A stretch of 32,000 nt of DNA from Candidatus Saccharibacteria bacterium oral taxon 488 (GTDB taxonomy: Bacteria; Patescibacteriota; Saccharimonadia; Saccharimonadales; Saccharimonadaceae): NCBI GenBank assembly GCA_010202845.1, contig CP047921.1:450001-482000 (forward strand), written 5' to 3'. Both the position numbers and the translations under genes were made by a program. Under the pieces are notes generated by a model that saw only the letters and a list, made by a program, of their open reading frames with translations, searched no databases and was not told the origin of the DNA. Within the stretch, counting starts at the first letter, position 1, and every line of letters begins with the position of its first letter. Below, in pieces: positions 1 to 8,245 of the stretch.

Positions 1-436
1 CTGGGTCGATCCAGCCCGCGTCAAAACACACCGCCACACCGTTACGACCCCACGAGCTGCGGCTCTTCACCTCGGCTGCGCCGCCATGCGCCCGAATACC
101 CACAAACTCGTGCGTGTGTGCCAAGATCCGCTCGCCGGGACGCAGCACAATGATCGGATGCTCGTCCGGAATATTACGAAACCGCCTAAAGCCGTTGTGC
201 TCGCACCACTCGGCGTGCGGTATCGCCATCAGCGGCCCCTTGAAATACCGCGCTACCTCCGCTTCGTCGAATGGATTATAGACGCTTGACTGATCGTCAA
301 ATTCCTGTTTATAAAAATAATGCCCCAGTGTAAAATCCAAGCTAGCCTCTGACACATTATCTGGGTCAAACGGTGTACAGACGATCGTTCCCTCCTCGAT
401 CGCTGCCAAAATTTCCCGGTTTGAATACACGCTCAT
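1..436 (-). CDS. dcd: dCTP deaminase, N-terminal ~145 codons (gene continues past the left window edge)
   Basis: Not in the ORF track because it has no stop in the window. Reverse-strand ATG at 436-434 with GAGGAGG 6 nt upstream. Hand translation MSVYSNREILAAIEEGTIVCTPFDPDNVSEASLDFTLG...KSRSSWGRNGVAVCFDAGWIDP matches the dCTP deaminase (dUTPase-fold) N-terminus and its SxxGRxG...AGWIDPG core. Confidence 0.8.
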   Translation of the reverse strand, partial: MSVYSNREILAAIEEGTIVCTPFDPDNVSEASLDFTLGHYFYKQEFDDQSSVYNPFDEAEVARYFKGPLMAIPHAEWCEHNGFRRFRNIPDEHPIIVLRPGERILAHTHEFVGIRAHGGAAEVKSRSSWGRNGVAVCFDAGWIDP

Positions 437-549
437 GCCGCGCCTCCTCTTGTTTATCTTACCTCACTCCCCCGAGTGATTCTATTATGACAACATTTAC
501 CCGCTCGGGCAAGCTTTTCGTAAATTTTACATCATGCTAGACTGGGGTT

Positions 550-1047
550 ATGGAGAAAGCCATCATCGTTGCTTATGATAAAAATCGCGCCATCGGTCAG
601 GGTGGCGATTTGCCGTGGGGTCGCAGCCTACCGGCGGATCTAGCGAATTTCAAGCGGCTGACCAAAGGTAGCGACGTCATCATGGGCCGAAAAACTTTCG
701 AGTCGATCAGCTGCCGTCCGCTGCCGGAGCGCGAGAATATTGTCATTTCCTCGCGGCCGACGGGTGTTAAGGGCGTGCTGACTGCGGTAAACTTAGAAAG
801 CGCCCTAGCGCTAGCTCGTTACAAAACCTTCATCATCGGTGGGGCGCGGGTGTATAGCGAGGCGCTGAAGACGCCGGAGACCGACACCATTTACGCCACC
901 GAGGTTGACGCGTCATTCCCGGATGCCGACACCTTTTTCCCAGAGCTTGACATGACCGCTTGGCAGGAGGTGAGCCGCGTCCATCACCCCGCGGACACCG
1001 AGAATAAGTACGGCTTTGATTTTGTGACGTATCGTAGAATAATTTAG
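550..1047 (+). CDS. folA: dihydrofolate reductase
   Basis: 165 aa. IVAYDKNRAIGQGGDLPW and MGRKTFESI motifs and the length are typical of bacterial DHFR. Sits between dcd and thyA. Confidence 0.9.
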   Translation: MEKAIIVAYDKNRAIGQGGDLPWGRSLPADLANFKRLTKGSDVIMGRKTFESISCRPLPERENIVISSRPTGVKGVLTAVNLESALALARYKTFIIGGARVYSEALKTPETDTIYATEVDASFPDADTFFPELDMTAWQEVSRVHHPADTENKYGFDFVTYRRII

Positions 1048-1107
1048 CTGGGATCAACTCCGAACACCTTTGGATAATTTAGTACGCCAACAAATTGTCC
1101 GAACACA

Positions 1108-2046
1108 TTACACCGCAATCGGCGCCTTGATCGGTGGATGGTGTTCATACCCCTCTAGGCGAATATCATCAATGGTAAAATCGTCAATATTCTTGATGTC
1201 TGGATTCAGCCACAGTTTCGGCAGCGGCAGCGGACGGCGCGACAGTTGCTCGTCAACCTGCTGGCGGTGATTGTTATAAATATGCGCGCTATTCAGGGTG
1301 TGAACGAACTCGCCCGGCTGCTTGTCGGTCACTTGGGCGATCATGCTGAGCAGCAGCGCGTAGCTGGCGATATTAAACGGCACGCCCAGGAACATGTCCG
1401 CCGAACGCTGCGTCAGTGCCAAATCCAACTTATCTTTCTCGCCATTTTCACCCGGCCGCACATTGAACTGGAACATGGTGTGGCACGGCGGCAGCCCACC
1501 AGCTCGGGCGATATCGTCAATTTCCGCCACGTTCCAGGCGCTGACGATGTTGCGCCGCGATGTCGGATTATTCTGTATCATGTCAATAGCGTTTTGGATT
1601 TGGTCAATCGTTCCGCCCTTGCTGTCGGGCCATTTCCGCCACTGCACGCCGTAGACTGGTCCCAAGTTACCCCACGTTTCAGCAAACGTGTGATCAGTCG
1701 CGATTTTACCGATAAACTCCTTCATGCCAGCGCGCCACTCCTCACCGTTAATCTCTGGAATGCTCTGGTCAGTTTTCTCCAAATAATTCTTATACGGCCA
1801 CTCGTCCCAAATATGCACGCCGTTTTGTGCCAAATATTCAATGTTGCCGGTGCCTTTGAGAAACCACAGCAGCTCGTGCGCCACGCTAGTAAAGTACAGT
1901 TTCTTGGTAGTCATAGCCGGAAACCCGTTCGCCAAATCATACCGCGTTTGCACGCCAAACACTTCCGTCATGCCCGTGCCGGTGCGATCGCCTTTTTTCA
2001 CGCCATTATCACGGACATGCCGCAGGGCGTCTAAATATTGCCTCAT
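1108..2046 (-). CDS. thyA: thymidylate synthase (ThyA type)
   Basis: 312 aa. [11 protein letters not shown]...GDRTGTG N-terminus, catalytic-Cys motif [27 protein letters not shown] Shine-Dalgarno (SD) sequence upstream of the ATG. Confidence 0.95.
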   Translation of the reverse strand: MRQYLDALRHVRDNGVKKGDRTGTGMTEVFGVQTRYDLANGFPAMTTKKLYFTSVAHELLWFLKGTGNIEYLAQNGVHIWDEWPYKNYLEKTDQSIPEINGEEWRAGMKEFIGKIATDHTFAETWGNLGPVYGVQWRKWPDSKGGTIDQIQNAIDMIQNNPTSRRNIVSAWNVAEIDDIARAGGLPPCHTMFQFNVRPGENGEKDKLDLALTQRSADMFLGVPFNIASYALLLSMIAQVTDKQPGEFVHTLNSAHIYNNHRQQVDEQLSRRPLPLPKLWLNPDIKNIDDFTIDDIRLEGYEHHPPIKAPIAV

Positions 2047-2167
2047 ACTTCCCTCCTTGCCTCTCCTTAATTATGGCAAGATTCCATCGTAACCACAAGG
2101 TAGTTTTAACAACGTCACGGCCGTGTTCAATGTATTTACGGCCCGCGAGCACGAGACTTCTTGCGGC

Positions 2168-2767
2168 CTACGCCAGCTTGCTCAGCACCTTATCCACCAG
2201 CCCATACTGCACCGCCTCCTGAGGGCTCATCCAGTAGTCGCGTTCCATGTCGGCCTTGACCTTAGAGAGCTTCTGGCCAGTGTTTTTGGCCATGATTTTG
2301 GCAAGCATCTCCTTCACTTCCAGCGTTTCTTTCAGGTCGATTTCCATGTCAGTCACCTTGCCGCGCGTGCCGCTTGACGGCTGATGGATCATCACCTTGG
2401 CGTGTGGCAGACAAAACCGCTTGCCTTTGGCACCCGAGCTGAGCAGAAACGCACCCATGCTGGCCTGCAAGCCAATACCATAGGTCGCCACGTCCGGCTT
2501 GATAAAATTCATGGTATCGTAGATCGCCATGCCGTCATAGACGCTGCCGCCCGGGCTATTGATATAGAGCGAGATGTCCGCCTGCGGGTCAACGTACGCC
2601 AGATGTAGCAGCTGCGCCACCACGCTGTTAGCGGTATGTTCGTTAACCTCCTCGCCGAGGAAAATAATCCGCTCATTGAGCAGCCGCGAATAAATATCAA
2701 ACGCCCGCTCGCCGTCGGCTGACTTTTCGATGACGGTGGGGATGAGATACGATGTTGTTTTCTGCAT
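2168..2767 (-). CDS. clpP: ATP-dependent Clp protease proteolytic subunit
   Basis: YLIPTVIE...[20 protein letters not shown] (active-site Ser) and MIHQP (His) motifs. The track ORF starts at 2776. I prefer ATG 2767 (M4) because a TTTACA-17-TATAAT promoter ends 7 nt upstream of it. Confidence 0.9.
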   Translation of the reverse strand: MQKTTSYLIPTVIEKSADGERAFDIYSRLLNERIIFLGEEVNEHTANSVVAQLLHLAYVDPQADISLYINSPGGSVYDGMAIYDTMNFIKPDVATYGIGLQASMGAFLLSSGAKGKRFCLPHAKVMIHQPSSGTRGKVTDMEIDLKETLEVKEMLAKIMAKNTGQKLSKVKADMERDYWMSPQEAVQYGLVDKVLSKLA

Positions 2768-2774
2768 ACACAAC

Positions 2775-2803
2775 ATTATATAAGCCGAGCTTGCTACTGT
2801 AAA
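2775..2803 (-). promoter_or_regulatory. clpP promoter, TTTACA-17-TATAAT, 7 nt before ATG 2767 (leaderless)
   Basis: Reverse strand reads TTTACAgtagcaagctcggcttaTATAATgttgtgtATG. Confidence 0.55.
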
Positions 2804-2818
2804 GGATGGCCCGTTAAT

Positions 2819-4198
2819 CTATATATTGAGACTTTTTATCAACCGCTCTTGCCCCGCACGTATTAGCTCCTGAGCCTCCTCTGTATGGAGCGGCACTAAG
2901 CGGACGTAGACCTGGCCCGATTGCTGTCCAGCGGCGACCAATATACCGAGCTGTTCATCAATATACGCAACGTGTTCAAAGCTATTCTCGCTATATTTAA
3001 TACTCTCATCCCATATACTTGGATTTAATATGGCGCTATCACGCCCTCCTGACCATGTCGCAAAGACGCCCATCCGGTCAATAGGGTTACTCCACTGCTT
3101 TGAGCGGACTATTGGGCCAATGAAAAGTGTATCTGTATTCGGAGCTATTTGGCGTAGTATATGATCCTCTGGGATGTCTATCGTAATACCGGCTCGGTCA
3201 GGCCCGCCATAGTTAATGGGTATCTGGCCTGTGCCCATCGACGGCATTGTGATATGGCGAATTGACAGCGTTGGATCGAGAAAGGCAAGCTCAGGGGAAG
3301 AGAACATTGGTATCGTTGGATCTACCATGGAATCAAATAATGCACTATTTCCCATGACGCTATATCGTGAAGCATAGGGATTTGGTTTTCCACTGTCATC
3401 CTTCTCCAGACCATACCCCGCGGCGATAATGTCCTGAATAGGAGCAACATGGGGACTATGGCGCCAATCTTTTACCTCCTTATCACCATCTTGCCTTACC
3501 CACGACTGCAGGGCCCAGGCATGACCAAGACCGCGCTTGACACCCTCTGGAGCAAGCATATGTCCTAATTCGTGTGCAATCGTACCAATGGACACGCCAC
3601 CCACGTCGCGCACAAATGCAACTGGAGGATATTTATCGTCGTACACGGTTAGACCAGCGTAGTAGTCCTTTTCTGTATCAGCAGAATCGACGATAACCAG
3701 TGCCATATCACTTTCTTCACGAGCATGAGCCTGGCCAATCAGTTGAAGCAGACGCTGACTATAGGCAGGTTGTTTACCATCCTCAGTTATTCGTGTTGTA
3801 TCAGGCGAGTGACCATCCCGGGTGAACCGCACATTAAGGTATAGATGGCTAGTCGTTAGCGCGATACGCCCAAGAGCATCTCGTACCCCAGAACTAATTT
3901 TTTCAATGCCTTGATGCGGCTCGGCGTTTTCTGGCAATAATTGCACGACGACAACACTTAGCGAGCCCAGCGGCGGAGCTTTTCGCTCGTTATTGTGCTG
4001 TATCGGTATATTTTGACCTTGTTCTGATCCTAGATTTTTTATAGCCTCACCGATAAGAGTTCCAGCGCCCAAGCATCCAGCACCAAGCGCCATACCTCCC
4101 AAAAAACTGCGACGGCTAACCTTCTTGCCGCTCCCGTCTGTCTCTTGGAAATGCCCAGACTCCAACTCTGGACGCTCAGACTTTGAGGATTCACACAT
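2819..4198 (-). CDS. secreted zinc metalloprotease (HEXXH) with twin-arginine-type signal peptide
   Basis: 459 aa. SRRSFLGG (nt 4100-4117) followed by a hydrophobic stretch resembles a Tat signal. HELGH lies at nt 3560-3574, followed by GLGH and later YSVMG (possible Met-turn). More AT-rich by eye than its neighbours. Protease family not assignable by eye. Confidence 0.65.
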   Translation of the reverse strand: MCESSKSERPELESGHFQETDGSGKKVSRRSFLGGMALGAGCLGAGTLIGEAIKNLGSEQGQNIPIQHNNERKAPPLGSLSVVVVQLLPENAEPHQGIEKISSGVRDALGRIALTTSHLYLNVRFTRDGHSPDTTRITEDGKQPAYSQRLLQLIGQAHAREESDMALVIVDSADTEKDYYAGLTVYDDKYPPVAFVRDVGGVSIGTIAHELGHMLAPEGVKRGLGHAWALQSWVRQDGDKEVKDWRHSPHVAPIQDIIAAGYGLEKDDSGKPNPYASRYSVMGNSALFDSMVDPTIPMFSSPELAFLDPTLSIRHITMPSMGTGQIPINYGGPDRAGITIDIPEDHILRQIAPNTDTLFIGPIVRSKQWSNPIDRMGVFATWSGGRDSAILNPSIWDESIKYSENSFEHVAYIDEQLGILVAAGQQSGQVYVRLVPLHTEEAQELIRAGQERLIKSLNI

Positions 4199-4206
4199 AT
4201 TTTGCC

Positions 4207-4235
4207 ATTATACCAACTACTTGTAAGTTTGTCAA
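4207..4235 (-). promoter_or_regulatory. perfect consensus sigma70-type promoter TTGACA-17-TATAAT, 8 nt before ATG 4198 (leaderless)
   Basis: Reverse strand reads TTGACAaacttacaagtagttggTATAATggcaaaatATG, with no SD. The -35 box overlaps the T-tract of the tig terminator. Confidence 0.7.
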
Positions 4236-4267
4236 TAAAACAGGGGCGGCCCTTTTGCCATCCCCTG
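4234..4267 (-). terminator. intrinsic terminator of tig
   Basis: Reverse strand reads CAGGGGatGGCaaaaggGCCgCCCCTG followed by TTTTATT, 30 nt after the tig stop. Confidence 0.7.
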
Positions 4268-4296
4268 CTTCAGATTATTTTATTGCTTTGCCGTCG

Positions 4297-5583
4297 CTAT
4301 TTACTATTCAGCTCAACCAGCTTGTCGATCGTCTTGTCGGTGATCATCCGATTGGCGATGTCACGGTGGACGTTTGGATCATCGAACCGGGCAGCCAGCT
4401 TGGCATCCTTGCCGTATTGCTGCTTAAAGGTGGAAATTTGCCTATCAAGCTCCTCGCGGCCAACCTCTACGCCCAGCTCCTTCGATAGCTCAGCCAGCAC
4501 CAAGCCAGCCTTGACCCGCTTTTCAGCCGCCAGGCGAGCCTCTTTTTTCTGCCAATCGGCTTTATCCTTGAAGCCTTGCGTCTTTAGATACGAGTCCATT
4601 GTCAGGCCGCGATATGACAAATTCTGCATCAGATCTTGTTCAATTGACCGCAGCTGATCGTCGATCAATAGCTCTGGCAGCGCCACCTTGGAGCTATCCG
4701 CCAATTCCGCCACCAGCTCATCCTTGAGCTTCTCCTTGGCCTCGCGCTCTTTTTGCGCAGTAATCTCGCGCTTGATGTCCGCCTTGAGCTCTTTGATGTC
4801 GGTGAACGGGCCGCATTTGGCGGCAAATTCATCATTGAGTTCCGGTAACTTCAGCTCATTTACTTTGTGCAGCGTCACACTAAACACTACCTTGGCACCG
4901 GCCAGATTTTCAGCATGGTAATCCTTCGGAAATTCGAGATCAAGCTCAAATGTCTCGCCGGCCTTGTGACCAACCACGCCCTCTTCAAAACCGGGGATAA
5001 ACTGACCACCGCCCAGCTTCAGGGCAAAATCCTTGGCCGAACCGCCGTCAAACGCCACACCGTCTTTCTTGCCAACAAAGTCAATAATCGCCTCGTCACC
5101 TTCTCGAGCTGCACGCTTGACCTCGGTCTTATCGACAAAATTCTGCTGCATCCGTTCGATAATTTCATCAACGTCTTTGGCCTCAACCTTGACGGCCTGA
5201 GGCTTGGCCTTGAGCTTTTTGTAATCGCCTAACTTGACCGGCGGCACAACAGTCGCCTCGGCGGTAAACTCAACTTCTTGATTGGGGACAAATTTCTTGA
5301 CCTCAACGCTCGGCCGCTCCAGCGCCTGTAATTTCTCGTTCATAAAGGCCTCAGCGACCGCTTTGGACAGGGCGTTGTCTAGCACCTGCTCCTGGAGTGC
5401 CATTGGATTGACGTGCTTGGCAGCCACGCTGATCGGCACTTTGCCCTTACGAAATCCCGGCACCTTGAGGTCGCGCGCCATCTTGGTCAGCGCCACCTGC
5501 TCGGCCGCATTCAGCTCGTCTGCCCCGAGCGTAATTGTCAAACAAACGTTAGTATCTGATAGTTTCTTTACGGTAGTCTTCAT
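4297..5583 (-). CDS. tig: trigger factor
   Basis: 428 aa. N-terminal ribosome-binding signature PGFRKGKVP; overall length and charged C-terminal arm are typical of trigger factor. Confidence 0.9.
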   Translation of the reverse strand: MKTTVKKLSDTNVCLTITLGADELNAAEQVALTKMARDLKVPGFRKGKVPISVAAKHVNPMALQEQVLDNALSKAVAEAFMNEKLQALERPSVEVKKFVPNQEVEFTAEATVVPPVKLGDYKKLKAKPQAVKVEAKDVDEIIERMQQNFVDKTEVKRAAREGDEAIIDFVGKKDGVAFDGGSAKDFALKLGGGQFIPGFEEGVVGHKAGETFELDLEFPKDYHAENLAGAKVVFSVTLHKVNELKLPELNDEFAAKCGPFTDIKELKADIKREITAQKEREAKEKLKDELVAELADSSKVALPELLIDDQLRSIEQDLMQNLSYRGLTMDSYLKTQGFKDKADWQKKEARLAAEKRVKAGLVLAELSKELGVEVGREELDRQISTFKQQYGKDAKLAARFDDPNVHRDIANRMITDKTIDKLVELNSK

Positions 5584-5591
5584 AACTACTT

Positions 5592-5620
5592 ATTATAACA
5601 GGGGTGGCACTAAATCTCAA
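5592..5620 (-). promoter_or_regulatory. tig promoter TTGAGA-17-(TGt)TATAAT, 8 nt before ATG 5583
   Basis: Reverse strand reads TTGAGAtttagtgccacccctgtTATAATaagtagttATG. The -35 box overlaps the hisS stop codon. Confidence 0.6.
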
Positions 5621-6947
5621 ACGCCGCGTCGTCATCACCGTCATAGCGCCGATCTTTGACCACGCTGATCATTCGCTCGAGGCTGACTTTTTGCTCGGTT
5701 GACTCGATGAGGTTTTTGATCGTGTAGACACCCGAAGCGATCTCTTCCTCGCCGACAAACGCTACGAATGGGATGTTCTTTTTGAGCGCGGTTTTCAGCT
5801 GCTTGTCTAACTTGCGCCCGCTGAAATCTAACTCGGCCCGCACCCCCTCGCTCCGCAGCGTCCGCGCCAAAGCATCTGCACCACCTAGCGATGCCGCGTC
5901 CACCGCGATGATGTACACATCGGTGTGCGTCGTTAGTTTTGGTAGTAACTCGTGCACCTCAAGGAACTGCTGCATCGTCGTCGCACCGAGCCCCACGCCG
6001 ACCGTAGCGACCGGCTCGACACCAAACAGCCCGACCAGCCCATCATAGCGCCCGCCGCCGAATAGCGCTCGATTGTTCTCCGGCGAATTATCAAAAAACT
6101 CAAACACCGTACCAGTATAATAATCCAGTCCGCGCATCAGCGTCACGTCGAACATCGCATTGCCAATGCCCTTCTGACGCAGCAGGGTCATCACCTGGCG
6201 AAGCTGCTGGACATTCGGACTATCCGCTAGCTCCTCCGGCAGATCGTCAACGCTGCGCATACTAATTAGCTGCGCCAACTTTGGCAGGCCCGCCTTGGCC
6301 TCTTCTGAGCCAAAAATCTCGATAGCTTGCTCGCGGAAAGCTTCTGGCGAAATCTTATTCTTTCGATCAAGCAGCCGCGTCATCATCTGTGCGCCGATCA
6401 CATCAAGGCTGAGAAACCCGCTCATCAGCTGATTGATCAACTGGCGATTATTCACCCGCACCGTAAACATGTCTTCGCGCGCGCCAAAGTTCATGATGCT
6501 ATGGTAGCCAAACTCGATAATCTCCGCATCCGCCCACGGCCCCTCCGCGCCAAACAAATCAGCATTCAGCTGCCAAAACTCGCGCTCTCGACCACGCTGC
6601 GGCCGCTCATAGCGCATAAAATTAGCGATAGAATACAGCCGGGCCGGCATGGGTAATTCCTGACGCCGACTGGCCACCATACGGGAAATCGACGGCGTCA
6701 TCTCTGGGCGAATTGCCACCTGACGACCACCACGATCAGTGAACAAGTACGTCTGCTCGCCCGCTAATTCCTGCCCCGACTTGGCGGTATAAATATCCAG
6801 CGGCTCAAGCAAGGGTGCGCTGTATTCCTCGTACCCAAAACTCTGCGCCGTGGCGTGCCACACCTTGAAAATATAGTTTTGTAGGCGCTTGTCCTCCGGG
6901 AAATAATCGCGCGCGCCCTTGTAACTCTGAGTTGATAAATTGCTCAT
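5610..6947 (-). CDS. hisS: histidine--tRNA ligase
   Basis: KGARDYFP, class II core, RGLDYYTG and GGGRYD motifs, C-terminal anticodon-binding domain. The track ORF begins at a TTG (6986) that lies inside the -35 box, so ATG 6947 (MSNLSTQSYKGARDY) is preferred. Confidence 0.9.
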   Translation of the reverse strand: MSNLSTQSYKGARDYFPEDKRLQNYIFKVWHATAQSFGYEEYSAPLLEPLDIYTAKSGQELAGEQTYLFTDRGGRQVAIRPEMTPSISRMVASRRQELPMPARLYSIANFMRYERPQRGREREFWQLNADLFGAEGPWADAEIIEFGYHSIMNFGAREDMFTVRVNNRQLINQLMSGFLSLDVIGAQMMTRLLDRKNKISPEAFREQAIEIFGSEEAKAGLPKLAQLISMRSVDDLPEELADSPNVQQLRQVMTLLRQKGIGNAMFDVTLMRGLDYYTGTVFEFFDNSPENNRALFGGGRYDGLVGLFGVEPVATVGVGLGATTMQQFLEVHELLPKLTTHTDVYIIAVDAASLGGADALARTLRSEGVRAELDFSGRKLDKQLKTALKKNIPFVAFVGEEEIASGVYTIKNLIESTEQKVSLERMISVVKDRRYDGDDDAAFEI

Positions 6948-6957
6948 GGTTGCTTTT

Positions 6958-6986
6958 ATTGTGGCACAATGGGGCAAATTTTTCAA
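6958..6986 (-). promoter_or_regulatory. hisS promoter TTGAAA-17-(TGc)CACAAT, 10 nt before ATG 6947
   Basis: Reverse strand reads TTGAAAaatttgccccattgtgcCACAATaaaagcaaccATG, with no SD. Confidence 0.5.
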
Positions 6987-7016
6987 TAATAAAGGCGGGT
7001 GAGGGGTTGAAGCATA

Positions 7017-7544
7017 TCAACCGAGCACATGCTGTTGCAGCCAGCAATACATCGCCACAGTCGCTGCCGCGCCAACATTGATGGAGCGGGTCGAGCCGAA
7101 TTGCTCGATGGCGACAATTTTATCTGCCGCCTGCACCATCTCCTCGGAGATTCCCGGACCCTCTTGGCCAAACACCAGCACCGCGCGCTTTGGTAGGGTC
7201 GTCTCCGCCATATTGACGCTGCTCGGGATATTGTCAATCGCGATAATTTCTCTGTTTTCAGCCCGCATTAGCTCGACAAACTCCGCTGTCGAACCGACAT
7301 AATGCACATGCAAATATTTATCCGTCATCATGGCGCCGCGCTTGTTCCATTGCCGCCTGCCAATCACATAAATCTGCCGCACGCCAAACGCATTAGCGCT
7401 CCGGACAATCGTTCCCATATTAAAATCCCGCTCGGTGTTCTCCAGAGCAATCACCAAGCCGTGGTCCTTGGCGTCTAGCTCCTTTACAATCTCCGCCTCG
7501 CTGCGACCTTTGAATTTGTCAATCACATTTCGTGTGTCTTGCAT
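7017..7544 (-). CDS. SpoU/TrmH-family RNA 2'-O-methyltransferase
   Basis: LVFGQEGPGIS and IEQFGSTRSINVGAAATVAMY motifs of the SPOUT (TrmH) class. ATG 7544 (MQDTRN...) is preferred over the TTG at 7592 in the track. Confidence 0.8.
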   Translation of the reverse strand: MQDTRNVIDKFKGRSEAEIVKELDAKDHGLVIALENTERDFNMGTIVRSANAFGVRQIYVIGRRQWNKRGAMMTDKYLHVHYVGSTAEFVELMRAENREIIAIDNIPSSVNMAETTLPKRAVLVFGQEGPGISEEMVQAADKIVAIEQFGSTRSINVGAAATVAMYCWLQQHVLG

Positions 7545-7585
7545 CTCTGTTATTTTAGCAAATGGGGATGAAAAAACAGAAAAAC

Positions 7586-7681
7586 TTGACAAAAATCATT
7601 GACATTTTTTCATATAAGTGATATATATATCAGCTTTTGTTGACATAAATTTGACTTATTGTCCAAAGGCGTTCATTGACA
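7586..7681 (+). repeat. array of five TTGAC(A/T) hexamers in a 96-bp AT-rich intergenic stretch
   Basis: TTGACA at 7586, 7599, 7640 and 7676; TTGACT at 7651. Spacings are 13, 41, 11 and 25 bp. Confidence 0.8.
7599..7627 (+). promoter_or_regulatory. candidate promoter TTGACA-17-(TGa)TATATA for the small-ORF unit; implies a ~180-nt leader
   Basis: TTGACAttttttcatataagtgaTATATA. It is the only one of the five TTGAC(A/T) boxes with a well-spaced -10 box. Confidence 0.45.
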
Positions 7682-7689
7682 AGCAGACG
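7677..7689. repeat. left arm of a perfect 13-bp inverted repeat (TGACAAGCAGACG)
   Basis: It is the reverse complement of 8205-8217. A second shared block is AGGTGAGA (7695-7702) versus TCTCACCT (8182-8189). Confidence 0.85.
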
Positions 7690-7746
7690 ACACAAGGTGA
7701 GATTTTGCTTCTTTTATGGTAAGAGGCGCGAAACCTCATCTTGTGT
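7690..7746 (+). promoter_or_regulatory. 57-nt imperfect hairpin in the leader of the small ORF
   Basis: ACACAAGGTGAG (7690-7701) pairs with CTCATCTTGTGT (7735-7746): 12 bp including one G-U. An inner CTTCTT/AAGAGG helix is possible. The 3' arm can alternatively pair (GTGTG/CACAC) with 7760-7764. Confidence 0.45.
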
Positions 7747-7812
7747 GTTATAGGATTGCACACGTCCATTTATTGGATGGCATGTCGCCAAAGATGCGGA
7801 GAAAGAGCTACC

Positions 7813-8139
7813 ATGACTCACATGGTTAACATCGAAGGTATTTCACTGGCAGAAGTTCTCGCGAGGCTTTTTAACAATTCCAGGCCCGTTGGTATGGGTA
7901 TCTTCGCAGCTGCGCATGGCCCTCAAGAATTGAGCGTCGAGATGGCGCAGTCGATCATCGACGAAAAAAAGAGGAGGGGTGGGAATATCTCCTTCGACTA
8001 CCTCTTCGGGAGACCGTTGAAGGTGCTCCTCTCAACCGACCGAGAGCTGGACCCCCGGCTCTACGATCGGGACAACGGAGGCCCGGGGACGGCGGCGCGG
8101 CTCATTAGTGAGTTGCGCAGGGCCAAAGGCCTGACTTAG
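7813..8139 (+). CDS. small hypothetical protein (108 aa)
   Basis: ATG 7813 has GGAGA 10 nt upstream. The track ORF starts at an upstream TTG (7741) inside a leader hairpin. Conserved-looking core ISFDYLFGRPLKV...YDRDNGGPG. No family assignable by eye. Confidence 0.55.
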   Translation: MTHMVNIEGISLAEVLARLFNNSRPVGMGIFAAAHGPQELSVEMAQSIIDEKKRRGGNISFDYLFGRPLKVLLSTDRELDPRLYDRDNGGPGTAARLISELRRAKGLT

Positions 8140-8148
8140 TACCAGGCC

Positions 8149-8222
8149 AAGCATGACAAGTGAGCGGCGGAACACACGTTGTCTCACCTAAGACAACCCT
8201 ATCCCGTCTGCTTGTCATGCTT
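8149..8222 (+). other. 74-nt nested hairpin immediately after the small ORF
   Basis: Outer stem AAGCATGACAAG (8149-8160) / CTTGTCATGCTT (8211-8222) is a perfect 12 bp. Inner hairpin GTTGTCT-caccta-AGACAAC lies at 8179-8198. Confidence 0.6.
8205..8217. repeat. right arm of the perfect 13-bp inverted repeat (CGTCTGCTTGTCA)
   Basis: Reverse complement of 7677-7689. Together the arms bracket the 108-aa ORF. Confidence 0.85.
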
Positions 8223-8245
8223 ACCATATATCTGCATAATACCCC

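Noticed and set aside
86-289. 67-aa plus-strand ORF at the left edge
   Set aside because: It lies antisense within the dcd coding region, whose translation carries clear family motifs.
1246-2034. 262-aa plus-strand ORF (with nested ORFs 1394-1654 and 1841-2092) opposite thyA
   Set aside because: It is entirely antisense to a confidently identified thymidylate synthase gene. The translation is Arg/Ala/Leu-rich, a typical shadow ORF, with no start context.
2119-2143. GGCCGT/ACGGCC hairpin downstream of clpP, considered as a terminator
   Set aside because: It is a 6-bp stem with a 12-nt loop and no convincing U-tract on the minus strand, which is too weak to annotate. The same spacer holds the thyA promoter (TTGTGG-17-TGcCATAAT).
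7593-7812. AT-rich repeat-bearing spacer considered as a replication origin or iteron region
   Set aside because: I found no DnaA-box-like 9-mers (TTATCCACA or its complement) and there is no dnaA or dnaN nearby. The repeats are plain -35-like TTGACA hexamers.
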